Positions 46,901 through 59,100 of a DNA stretch of 64,000 nt are shown here, one piece after another. A program made the position numbers and the translations under genes. Positions within the stretch are counted from its first letter, which is position 1. Each line of letters begins with the position of its first letter. The stretch lies in the NCBI RefSeq assembly GCF_026571515.1, contig NW_026857357.1:248001-312000 (forward strand), written 5' to 3'. The notes beneath the pieces are model-generated. The model saw nothing but the letters and a program-made list of their open reading frames with translations, made no database searches and was not told the DNA's origin. Source of the stretch: Ruditapes philippinarum. Its lineage: Eukaryota.

Positions 46901-48086
46901 ATCTTGAGTCCTATATAACTTTCTTTATCTCATTGTTTTTTTGTTTATTACACATGAATCAAAGTATGTCATATCTTAACTAATCTTTTTCTAGAAAAAC
47001 AGAACAAATGGTCAAGATAGAGCTAGAGCTGTTCAAGAAATATGCGAAACATTAAATTCATCAGATGCTTTTGGGATACAACTTAATGGCAAGCTACTTC
47101 AGGACCAATCACTTTATTTCTGTGATGTTCCGAAATGTGGGTCTGCATTCATGGAACTTTTTCTGTCAAGCGTGTTTCAATGCAATGGAACATGTCAAGA
47201 AACTTCCATAACTCCTGATGAACGACGGACTAATGACGAGTCATTAAAACAGACGCCCGCTGCATATTCGTTTATGTTTGTCCGCGAACCATATGCACGA
47301 TTGTTTTCAGCATATGAAAATAAACTTTTCTTACCAAACAAACACTGGATAATATTGGGTATAGATATAATAAAAACAGTAAGACCTCGCGCGTCCCTTG
47401 TTAGCAGGACGTTAGGACATGATGTCACGTTTCTTGAATTAGTGAAATATGTAATTTATAACTACGAACACGGAATAACTTTAAATTCACATCTCCAACC
47501 TATGCACATGTATTGTAACACATGTAACTTTCAGTATTCCTTCATTGGCAAGTTAGAAACAATGTCCAGTGATCTTGTCGATTTAATTGATTACTGGAAA
47601 CACAACAGTATTGTTCCTAAAAACGTGTCATCCGCCGCAGAAATAGAGGCACACATGCTGTATAAGCGATCCTTTGGGCCATACAAGCACATGTTTATGA
47701 CTTTAAAGAAATATGGCGAGATTTTATCAAGATACAAACTTTTTCAAAGAACCTGGTCAAGCTATCATATTCGAGGGCTTATACTGAAGAAATTTAGAAT
47801 GCCTTTTGGCGAAAGCGAAGTAAACAATGTCGGCTATGTAATGTTTGGTAATGAAATTAAAAGTGCAATTGATAAAAGCTTGCCGTTTAAAGAAGATCTG
47901 AAAGCACAACGAGAGGAAGCACTTGTGCAAGCTTATAGTACTGTACCTTTTGAGCTTATGACAAAGCTTAAAGAGTTTATGAAACTCGATTGTCTATTGT
48001 TTGATTATGAAACGATGCCAAAAATAATATTTGATAAAATTAGTTCAAATAATTCATTTGAATTTGATTATTTTAAGGGCTTGTAG
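43991..48086 (+). CDS. Carbohydrate sulfotransferase, Sulfotransfer_2 family (CHST8-14/HNK-1ST-like); 5' end unresolved
   Basis: Main exon 46995-48086 (TTTTTCTAG|AAA, in frame with ORF 47151) contains 5'-PSB FCDVPKCGSAF, 3'-PB FMFVREPYARLFSAYENK, HLQPMHMYCNTC..YSFIGKLET and the C-terminal DCLLFDY. An S/T-rich stem exon ends at 44100 (GAG|GTATAA); its acceptor (43926, 43966 or 43991) and the TM exon are uncertain. Confidence 0.88.
44583..46664. mobile_element. Non-autonomous TIR DNA transposon (Kolobok-like) in the sulfotransferase intron, interrupted by a HINE
   Basis: Left end TAGGCTTCAGAAAATAAATTCCTAGATTCTCATCC versus right end GGATGAGAATCTAGTTATTTATTTTCTATTGCCTTAA form an imperfect ~35-bp TIR with shared CTAGATTCTCATCC; CCCGCCC motifs lie inside both ends. 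Confidence 0.65.
45326..46277 (-). mobile_element. Non-autonomous Helentron-type element (HINE), minus orientation, 170-bp tandem units
   Basis: Hairpin AGTCCCCTCCGGTAAACCGGTAGGGGACT (46244-46272), GACG/GACA microsatellite (46181-46230), about 3 units of 170 bp, second subTIR AGTCCCCTACCGG (~45363) and terminal AAACAAG. Confidence 0.8.
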
Positions 48087-50141
48087 AACTGGATCACAGT
48101 ATTATGTTATACAAACTGCCATAAAAAGTAATCAATAAGCTAATGAGAGACCCAGCGTGTTGCAAACATTATACACAAATAATTAAAGTTGTTCGCTAAG
48201 GCAGTTGTGTACACTACAAATAAAACGTTATAAATTTGCCATTGAAGAAGAGTGTTTTTATATGAAAGTTTCAACAATTACTTGTGAAAAAACAAAGTAA
48301 AATTGAAGTAACATTTTGCTGGAATATGATGTTTGATTTATCTACCACAGACTATTAACTAAGTAAAGGTAATTTAAATGACAAGGCATGCCACAATCGA
48401 TTCAAACAGTATTGAAATAAAGTCGAAAATCGATATCAAAATGAAACAAAGTATAATGAACTACGTACTAGATGACCACTGAAGACATGTACCAATATCC
48501 AAGAGAATTACTTTACCTTCTATAGGTAGTATTTATTTGAAATCGTTGGTAAAATATGATGTGAAAATACATATTTAGGAAATAAATTCTGACCTTTTAC
48601 AGATTAAAGAAAAGGTTTATTACTTTCATTATACTTATTCAGTTATTACTATGTATGTTTACTCATTTAGTTCTCTGAAAAAAAAAGAAATCCACCAACT
48701 AGTATGTAAATCAATAAGGAGAATGTAACCTGTATATGAAGATTTTCAACACGTTGAAAGTTATTCTTTTACATTTAATTACATGTTACCTAATCTAAGA
48801 ATTTAATATTTTCAACATGTTGAATATATCAATTAAAATTATAATGATGGGCCAGGTACCATTAATCGAGGGATTTCCAATTAAATGAAGAAAAAAAATC
48901 GCAAATTAAAATGTAACACGTATCTTTGGACATTAAACACGTTTAAAAATAAAAAAAGTATGTTTTCTTGATCGGACATTTACAAACTATAGATTGGAAT
49001 GTTGTTTTTTTCTCCCAAAATTATACATTTATCAAGGGATTTATCAACGTGTAGAAAAATCAATAATAAAAAAGAAGAAAGAAGTTACAAAAAGGCATTG
49101 ACAACTGCTACCACCTGCTTTCTCAGGCGGGGTCATATTTGACGGGCGTTTCGGCGCTTCCTCCAATGCCCTACAATTATGCACCTTCTTGACTGAAATT
49201 AAACTCTTGTCGTCAGAAGATGGTAATCTTAAGTTACCCCTGTTATATCTACCATGAAGCGTGCGCCGCCTATCTATTGGCCGTTCTGGTCTTCCAACCA
49301 TTGCTCTTCTCTCTTGTGCCAGACCCACAATTTGCTGATATGGCTTTGTCGCGGATTTGTCTTATTAAATGCCTATCAATTGATTGTAACGGGAAGTCTC
49401 TACAGTAACTTTCAAAGGAAAACACCAAGATCTTTAATATATCAACAAGAAGTCGGTACTGTTCCAGCAGTCTTATTATTTTTTTTCCTATGGAATGGTA
49501 AATTCAAGATGGGACAACTTGCCTGCTAACAAATTATCGTAAAACGATGCCATGTATCAGTTTTTTGTCACAGTAATTTCTTAGGAAGAAATTACTTCTT
49601 CCCACATATATTTACTAATATCAATTAAAATCCTGTCCGTTTCTACGGATTTCTAAAATATCGATAAACCAATGGAAATGTTACTTATGTTAAGGAATTG
49701 AAACCAAGATCAATGAATATTGACCACATTGATATATCAATGTTTCCTGGATATCAGGATTTTCAACATTCTGAAATATCAATGTTGAATAAATCAGAGT
49801 TTTCAACATGAGAAAGATACCTTTGATCCGTGTTTCGTCCATCATTTACTGAGATGTTTACTACATACTAAGTTAGAACAGGTTAGTATATCTGATCTTG
49901 TGTAACACCGCTTTCAATAAATAGATGGACTTGCAAACGAATTGCAAAATCATTGAATATAAATTTGCATACATTAAAATCGATATAGTTTAGTTAAATA
50001 TATTTCAAAATGAACAAAACTTCAAAAAATATTGGAGAAATATCATCACCATTTTATTCAATTCACATTTATACAACGCATTGAACACATGCTTATGTAC
50101 ATTATAATTAATTTCAATGAATAAGAACATATGGTTAGCAA

Positions 50142-53100
50142 TTAGCCAATAATTGCCGTAGTATTTGTCGATGCAGGAGAGCTTGCGCCTGCAACAACGA
50201 CGGTTGCCGTCACAGGTTTTGGTGGGTTTGTAGGTGGGTTTGTAGGCGGGTTTGTAGGTGGGTTAGTAGGCGGGTTTGTAGGAGGCTTTGTAGGTGGGTT
50301 TGTAGGTGGGTTTGTGGGAAGGTTTGTAGGTGGGTTTGTAGGAGGGTTTGTAGGAGGGTTTGTAGGTGGGTTTGTAGGCGGGTTTGTAGGTGGGTTTGTA
50401 GGTGGGTTTGTAGGAGGCTTAGTAGGTGGGTTTGTAGGAGGCTTAGTAGGTGGGTTTGTAGGCGGGTTAGTAGGTGGGTTTGTAGGTGGGTTTGTAGGAG
50501 GCTTAGTAGGTGGGTTTGTAGGAGGGTTAGTAGGGGGATTAGTGGGTGGCTTTGTAGGACCTGCTTTTGTTGTCTGTGCTACTGTTGTCGGTGGTGGAAC
50601 CGGATTACCATTTTGTCTCAGCGTATCAAAATCTAGAGCACCGCCTTTCCATAAGTTGTATAGTCGGTCTAGGAAAGAATAATTTGTTATAGTTGTAACA
50701 TATTTGCTTTGGAAATAAAATAGTCAATTTAGAGCTTAAAGGATTTCAATTTAGAAATATAAAAATTGATTCACCAAGAGTACTGAGTCTGGCCTTGGTC
50801 TATACAGGTTTGGTTCCTGGAGATTAATGCTTTACCGAGAAAGAAAACGTTTCTAGAGACATTTGCCTATGAGTGAGACTAAAAATAGAATTTGAGCAGC
50901 ACACTAAATACCGTATTCCAGTATACACTGGACAAGGTGCTTGAATGATTTAGTGCTAAAATATTGCCTTTTCACCCAACGGAATGAACTTAAAAAGGTC
51001 TAATTCATCTTAACACAGATATATGTGTGTTAATGAATGAAAAATGTAAGAATCGTCGGGTAAAAAACGATATTTTTGTCTATTATGTGATCATGATTTC
51101 TTCAAGCGTTCGAGGTACTGCTCCAGTCCTGTAATGAGTTAAATCATTTGCATATAGATATTTATCAAGTTCAATTTTATAAAAGATATGACAAATTAAC
51201 TCCTTTAGTATCTTACTGATTATAAGTCTTGATTTTACTTGAGCATCTCTTTATAGATGTTTAGAATTATGATTAAAATGCCTTAAATTAGTAGTATTTC
51301 TACATCCCCATGGGCTCGCAAAAGAATGCTTTACTGTTTTAAACATTTTGAACGTGTCACCTGGTTTATCCTACTGATTGTTTTCTTATATTCAGTGATT
51401 GTGAGGCTAGTTTTTGTAGATTGCATGGGTATGTGTATTGAAAGTGTGACTACATTTGGTCATTGTGTGGCTACGTGTGGTGATTGTATGGCTAGGTTTG
51501 GTGATTCTGTGGCTAGGTTTGGTGACTGTATGGCAAGGTTTGGTAATTGTGTGGCTAGGTTTGGTGACTGTATGGCAAGGTTTGGTAATTGTGTGGCTAG
51601 GTTAGTTATTGTATGGCTAGGTTTGGTGATTCTGTGGCTAGGTTAGTTATTGTATGGCTAGCTTTGGTGATTCTGTGGCTAGGTTAGTTATTGTATGGCT
51701 AGGTTTGGTGATTCTGTGGCTAGGTTAGTTATTGTATGGCTAGCTTTGGTGATTCTGTGGCTAGGTTAGTTATTGTATGGCTAGGTTTGGTGATTCTGTT
51801 GCTAGGCTAGTTATTGTACGGCTAGGTTTGGTGATTGTATGACAAGGTTTGGTAATTGTGTGGCTAGGTTTGGTGATTGTATGGCTAGGTTCGGTGTTTG
51901 TATGACAAGGTGTGGTAACTGTGGGGCTATGTTTGGTGATTGTATGGCTAGGTTCGGTGTTTGTATGACAAGGTGTGGTAACTGTGGGGCTATGTTTGTG
52001 ATTGTATTGCTAGGTTTCTCGGTTTGGTAATTGTGCGGTTATGTTTGATGAATGTTTGGCAAGGTTTTGTGATTGTGTGGCTATCTTTTGTGTATGTGTG
52101 GCTTGGATTTATGAATGTGAGGCTCAGTTTGGTGAATGTGTGCGTGCTGAGTTAATTGAAAAATGCTTTCAATTGTTGATCTGTTTATTTAAACCGGTTC
52201 TAGGAGTTAATGTAACTGTCTTCTTGCCCTTCTAACAATTTAGAAAAAGACATTCAGTTAATACGGAATATCTAATCCATCATTGTTGTGGCATGAGAAA
52301 ATAACTCACCAAGAATTTCCTCGCAAGTGCCACTGTTACAAAGTCCGTCACCACAACACGCGGTACATTGCTCGGTGGCCGCACGCTTACCAATATTCCC
52401 ACACACATTAACATCTGGGTTCGTCATACACTCATCCTTCCTTTTGAGTGCTTCTTTTGTCAATAATGTACAAATCTAAAAAAATTTTGAATTAGATTAG
52501 TTTGCAATATAGATTGTTTTCTTATTGTCCATTTGTACATTGGTTGTCCAAATACCACTATGACTGCCAATATTAGGGGGTCTATATTGTCATGTATGTC
52601 GATATAAAGATTTTCATATCACATTGACTTTGGAAATACATCTACAATACTAAGATATACCCATTATTTTGAGACAAGTACAATGGTACCTGGAGAGTCG
52701 TCCAACACAATATTGCAGCTGGGTCATTATATCTTCTTGTGTAAACTTTTAATTCTAGTCCTATTTTATCGTCCCTTTTGTCTATAGAAAGTATTATTAC
52801 CTTCTTTAGTACATTCTTGTTTCACATTTTTGTCATTTTGTTTTTAAGAGTCTAACTGAACAAAAGATTTTGAAACAAATTGAGCTTTGCCTGACTGATA
52901 AATAGGTTCATTAGGAACCTTTTCACGAAGTTGTGACTTCTATTGTGTTAGAATCAGCTGAGACGAACAATTTCGTAAGAGGTAACGTGTACAATAGGAT
53001 TTTTGTACGCACATAATTAAATATTTTGGAGTATATTTATACTGTCACATAAAAAAGAATATTTTTGAATGGCCAGATGAAATAAGAATATTGCGGAAAT

Positions 53101-56100
53101 AGAAAAAAGTAGGTCAATTTATTACGCGCTTATGCTTAACATATTTAGAGTAAGTTTGAGACCATTCCTTCAAAGTTAATTGTTTCATAATGTATATGTC
53201 ATGACAAGAAACAGTATTTTGGTATTTATCGAAGAAAGGTATGCTATGGTTTGCAAGACTATATAAACGTTTTATCGTTTTATCGAAAGTGTCGAGCAAA
53301 CCCCAAAAAATATTCGTCCACTGGTTTCATTAACAGTATCTGCCAAGAAAGAAAAAGTTTTGAAAATATTGATAAAAAGGAAAGTTTTAAAATAAGCGAA
53401 TAAAGATAATAATTTCAAAACAAGCTACCTACAAGTTTTGGAAGACATGTATATCTATAGCTGTCAGTTCCATCGAAATCGAGTCTTTTGGATCCACAAG
53501 CCTGAAAAATAAAATCCATATTGTTATTTCAATAATAAAATTCGCCCTCCTCGATCCACCAGGGTGACTTATCTCGACTCTGCCCGCTGCCCGACTGTGT
53601 GACTTGTTTATGCCTTTCGCGTTACCTTGGTGATCTCTCTGATTAAACCTTCATTCTTGAATTGATCATTAAATTTGTTTGAGTTCATATGAGTCAATAT
53701 AGAGAATTGCAAATAATATGTTAAAATATATTCGTAGTATGATTTTGATAGTTACTCCATAGCCAGTCGGCGATTACAGAATGATTCTACCTACCCGACC
53801 AGTGCAGACGAAAGATCAATCGGTACTACATCCGTGTCGTGTTATCTTGGTCAGCACTTTTTACAGTCTGTAAGTATTTTATTTTCCCCTAAAATTCTAA
53901 ATGGTTTTGTCCAGATTGAGAATGACCAAGTCTATTGAAGTTATTATGGGTTGTTTGTTCATCTTTAAAGGTTAAAGATAAGATCAGATTATAAAACGCA
54001 ACCTCCATATTTTGAAAAGTGAAGACGCAGCTCAAGCAAACCAAACCTGAAACATTTTTCAATTAACAGTGTCAGGGCACTTTTAAAAGATTCAAATTTT
54101 CACAACTTTGTTTTCAATTGCTTATCAAATACTTTAAACATTTTGATCTTGTTTATCTGTGTCAAAATGTTTAAAAGCTCAAATTTAACAGTACAGATCA
54201 ATTACATAGTTACCTCATTCGGTTGACATGTGGTTTCGGACAAACAGTCCACTGGCCTATCGACATCGCCTTGTTCAGAGTCCGACTTTGTATTATCGCA
54301 AAGGTAACACCTTGTTGAATTTGTATCGGCTGAAATGTAAAGCGAATTAAATATGATTTATATTGGTTGTAACATCTGGAGGGTATAAAAGCTTTCACTG
54401 TCGAAGATTGAAACTTTTTTAGGCTGGTGCTACGGCATTACATAAATAGGTATACTTTGTCAATTGCTTCTCAATCGCAGTCATTTATTTGGTTTAAAAT
54501 GTTTACGTGAGAATACGATTAAATGGTTAGATTATAGTAATTATATATCAAGATTCAAGACTGAATGGGGCATAAACAATTTTATTGCCATCAGCCATAA
54601 CCGTGTTAAAATATTACAAACACATAAACACTTTTTTTTAAATAAAATGAAAATGAATTAAAATGAAAAAAAAAGTAAAAAAAAGTAAAGAAAAAAAAAA
54701 TGAAATAAATAAACCTATGCATTACACTCATAAACATCAGAATAATTCAGTATATAGCAACAAAATATAACAAATTGTGTTGGAAATTAGTTAAAATCAG
54801 TTACCAGTTAATGTTCATGCTAAAGTTGCATAGTACATGTGTGATTTTCTGTACTGCATTTTGTATGTTACGAAACTATTCATTATAAAGGAACGGACAT
54901 ATCTAAAGTTTGTTAATACACTGCTTTTAAAAAAATGGATGCGTATATAATGTAATTCAAAATATTTTTTCAATTCTCTTTTTATAAGCATTTTAACAAT
55001 CGATATTATTTTTTGCTTGTAATGAAGTATATAATAATGCACGGGTTATTGTTCAAATGCTTTGTAATTTATCATTAGGCATAATTAGGTATATTATATA
55101 TTATATTATTATATGATTATATTCCTGCGCATTTGAACTCGAAACTCGAACCGTGCATTATTTTACAAACAATGCACTCAAAATTGATTACCTATTTCCT
55201 AAATAATGTACATGTATATGCATTTATAAAAAATGACACCACTTACTTTTCGTAAATGTAAATGAACAACTAAATGAACAACTATATCTAAATGAACTGA
55301 TATAGATTGATCATCTTTTCAAAAATTTGGGTGAAATCGAAGCTTACTATATTTTATCCCGCACAGTCTGGCGTTACAATCAAGACCTCCAGACTTCCGC
55401 TTTAAATCACAACATCTTGAGCAAGCTACAAGGTCACCTCTCTTATGTAAATCACGCCTTCCTATTGATGGAGATCCGCCCACACCTGATTTGCATACCT
55501 AAACATAAAACATTTCCATATATTATTTAATTGAAATACTTTCTCAAGCTGTGTGTTTATTATAAACAGGGACCAAAAATATTTTGGTCCCAGTGATAAC
55601 TTCAGGAGCATCACAGGATTTGTTGAAAATTGAATTGGTAAACTAACTAATTGTTAAAGAGTATTATTATTAATTTTACTACATTTATTATTATTCATGT
55701 ATAATATTTTATGGGACACCTCTAACCGTCATTTATTCTTAGATTTCACGTGAAGTGCCTCCTTGCATCCTAAACTAAAGTCAATTTTAACGAAATTGAT
55801 ATAATAAGAGAGTTACATTTCTTTTCAATTTTCGCGTAAATTAATTTTTTTTAATTTTCGCGTAATTTCATTTTTTTACCTTTGACATAGATATATTTTT
55901 TCAATCAATTTTAACTATCAAAGGTTAGATCATTTTCTTGCCATTGATCAATACAGCTTGGACGAATGAATGTGACAAACTCATTCCATACAAAAACGGC
56001 GCTTCACTTTCACAAGGAACTGATTACTTATGTACATGCCCAAGCAGAGGTTCAGTGCAAATGACCATAGAAAGGATTTCATGATCAATCCTATACCGCG

Positions 56101-59100
56101 ACGCCAGATTCACAGTGTAAAATTTTACCTATTGAGCTAACCGGATGGCTTGCCGTGAAAATTTAGTATGCTACAGACTTATATACCAACATATTAAACA
56201 TTTATATATCCACTTATTAAATATGTATATACCAACTTACACTTTTTGCTCGGCATCCACCAGTGTAAACTACTGTAAGTTGGTCAGTAATTAGTTCGTC
56301 CATATAACAGACCTGAAATTAAATTTAATTTAAAGTTAAATCATCCATCCATCTATCCATTACACTTTTGTTTCATGTTGGGTAAATACATGGAAATCAT
56401 TATTACTTGATTATTAGTAATAATTTTTGCATTGGCAATTATGTTACGCAACTAAATTTTAGCCGAAAGAAAAATACATGTATATGGACTGTAAAATGAA
56501 AAACAGGAGAAAGGCTTAATCAAGTCATTTGGAACATAATTAAATAATTAATATTTTCTTCAGCGATTATATTAACATTCATCAAATGCACAGTAATCAA
56601 AACGATTTTTACCAGTCTAAAATGCCCAGAAAGGATAATTCATGCATATGGTGTCTAAACCATTTTAGTTACAAAACATATAGTCCAGGCTGTTTTATTT
56701 AAAATTTGAATAAGAATTAAAATCAAATAATAATTTAAATATGCTGTATGGTGATATTTAAGGGCAAAGTCCAACATTTCGTTGTATAGTTATGTTTATG
56801 GCACATCACTTCAAGCTGTATCTATAACATGAGCGGCGGGATACTGCTTTATATGACAAATCTGTTGACTAGAAAATATTTGTTATAGTGACTGAAGTAG
56901 GTACCCATTTATATTTATGTTAGGTAGATAAGCTTATAATATAAGGTATGATTTTTTATTGACATATATAAACCAAACCACTAGGCGTTGGTTATTTTGC
57001 TAACATTCATTTAAAAGTTTTTATATATCCATTTAGCCTGTCAATTATCTTTATAAATCTAAGTTCCTTTATTTGAGGAGAACAATGAAATTACTTCATA
57101 AATTGTCATTTCAATCAAAGGTCATTAAACAAAGTTTTTATTTATGCTTACGTTTGAGTTCTTATAAAGATCATTACCTAATCGGAGCAGTATCTTAGAC
57201 CCGAGTTATTTATAGAAAAAGATAATAACCTCATTATTAGGACCCGAGCTATTTATAGAACAATACAATTATATCATAATTGAGACCCGAGTTATTTATA
57301 GAACAAGACAATTATGTCATAATTGAGACCCGAGTTATTTATAAAATTAGACAATTATGTCATAATTGAGACCCGAGTTATTTATAGAACAAGACAATTA
57401 TGTCATAATTGAGACCCGAGCTAATTATAGAACAAGATACTTACCTCATCATCAGCGCATTTCTGGGAACCAGAACAAAAGTCAAGACTGGCAACTCTGT
57501 CACATTTTTTACACGTCAAATCCGACGTCTGTCCACTTACTGTAACTGTAGAATGTATCATGATGATAGAATATGTCATATTTGACGGAATAAAAGTCCC
57601 AGGGGGACCCGCCCCATTGGCGGTAACGAGGCTTGTCGAGGTACGCTTTTTCCAATCTGAACCGCAACTGCATATCAGATATTGTTTTGGGTGCATATTC
57701 TACCATATTCTATCATACTTCATATTCTTAACTTTAATGAAACAAATCTTGATGGAATTTAATGTCAATTGATCCAATTCTATTTTCTTACAATAGCGTA
57801 TGAATTCATGACGGCAAATTGACCTCATCCAAAGCACGCAGTTTCATCTTAAATACAGGGAAATGACGTAATTTTAACGACGTTCATTCATAAAATGCGC
57901 TTAAATGACGCCATTGTATAGAATATGAATCATGTGGCAACCCCAATACAAGATGGAATTTCCGGCATGGGTAAAACTAATGGGAACACCATTCCGATAT
58001 GCAGACTGTTATGCTGAATGGTCGGTATGGACAATCTTTCAAATACGGCCATATATAACTTAGTAACGAATTTACAAATGCTGCATTTTGATAAGAGGAA
58101 CGTTTTTCATTTATGCAGCAGCCGTGTTTATTGATAATATGAGTTTAACGATTGTCCAATGAAATTCGACGTAACAAACATTATTGATAATGATCCAACG
58201 TAATTCATCCTTTCATATATGGACATCAATTAAATGAAATTAGGTCAATGTTTAATGGAAATCGGATGATGGTGTTCATTAAAGATGAATTTAAATTGTA
58301 GGTATAGTGTAAATTGCATATGAAAATGTTGGTATAGTTTAGATTACATATTAGTGGGTCGCGAAAATACATGACAATGTTATCTTAAACCGCAACTTTT
58401 TTACACGCGCCCTTTTGACAAATGTTTTTATTGAAATCATTTTAGCAACTCGATATGATTAGCATCAATTTAGTTTTTTTTAATGTTTATTTGATTTTTT
58501 TCATCATTTTTTGTTTTATTATATAAAAAACACTTTTCTGGGTATGTGATAGATAGACTATTATTTTCGTGTCGGTTCATTACTAAATTTATTGATCTCC
58601 CCAGATGCTCGCACAATATAATTTTACTCGACCCATTCAATAAGTTCAGTATTGAACCTATACTCATTCAATATCCATTTATTACTCAAACAGTCCATAT
58701 TCATTATTAATTACATCAAATTTACAATAATAAATGTTTATTAATTTTATTCATTAATGTAAACATTTTAATAGCATAAATAGGAAATTATGTATAATTT
58801 GTTATATACTGTTACAACACTTTTATGTGACTTAATTATACATTGATGACATAAGAATAAATCAAATATATGTCAATTTATATCAGTATTAGGTAACCTC
58901 AACTTGGATTTCCTTATCTCTCCACATTACTTTAATGGTGATAAGTGATAAAATATGACCTCATTTTATGATGACATGACCTATTTGAACATTAAGGAAC
59001 ATTGTTTAAAGGAAATAATATTTCATATTCATTTCGTTATATCGGTCATTAAGTTTACAATTAGATAAGATAAATAGTTTTAACTTAAAGCGGTATAACG

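Noticed and set aside
49044-49529. Overlapping short ORFs in a GC-richer patch
   Set aside because: No recognisable motifs or consistent splice structure.
50314-50682. Plus-strand (GGFV)n glycine-rich ORF
   Set aside because: Antisense of the T[NK]PP exon; the splice acceptor, phase match, stop codon and polyA signal all support the minus strand.
51326-52235. Cys-rich (ARFGDCM)n ORFs
   Set aside because: Intronic 21-bp minisatellite with frameshifts and stops, lying antisense within the three-finger gene.
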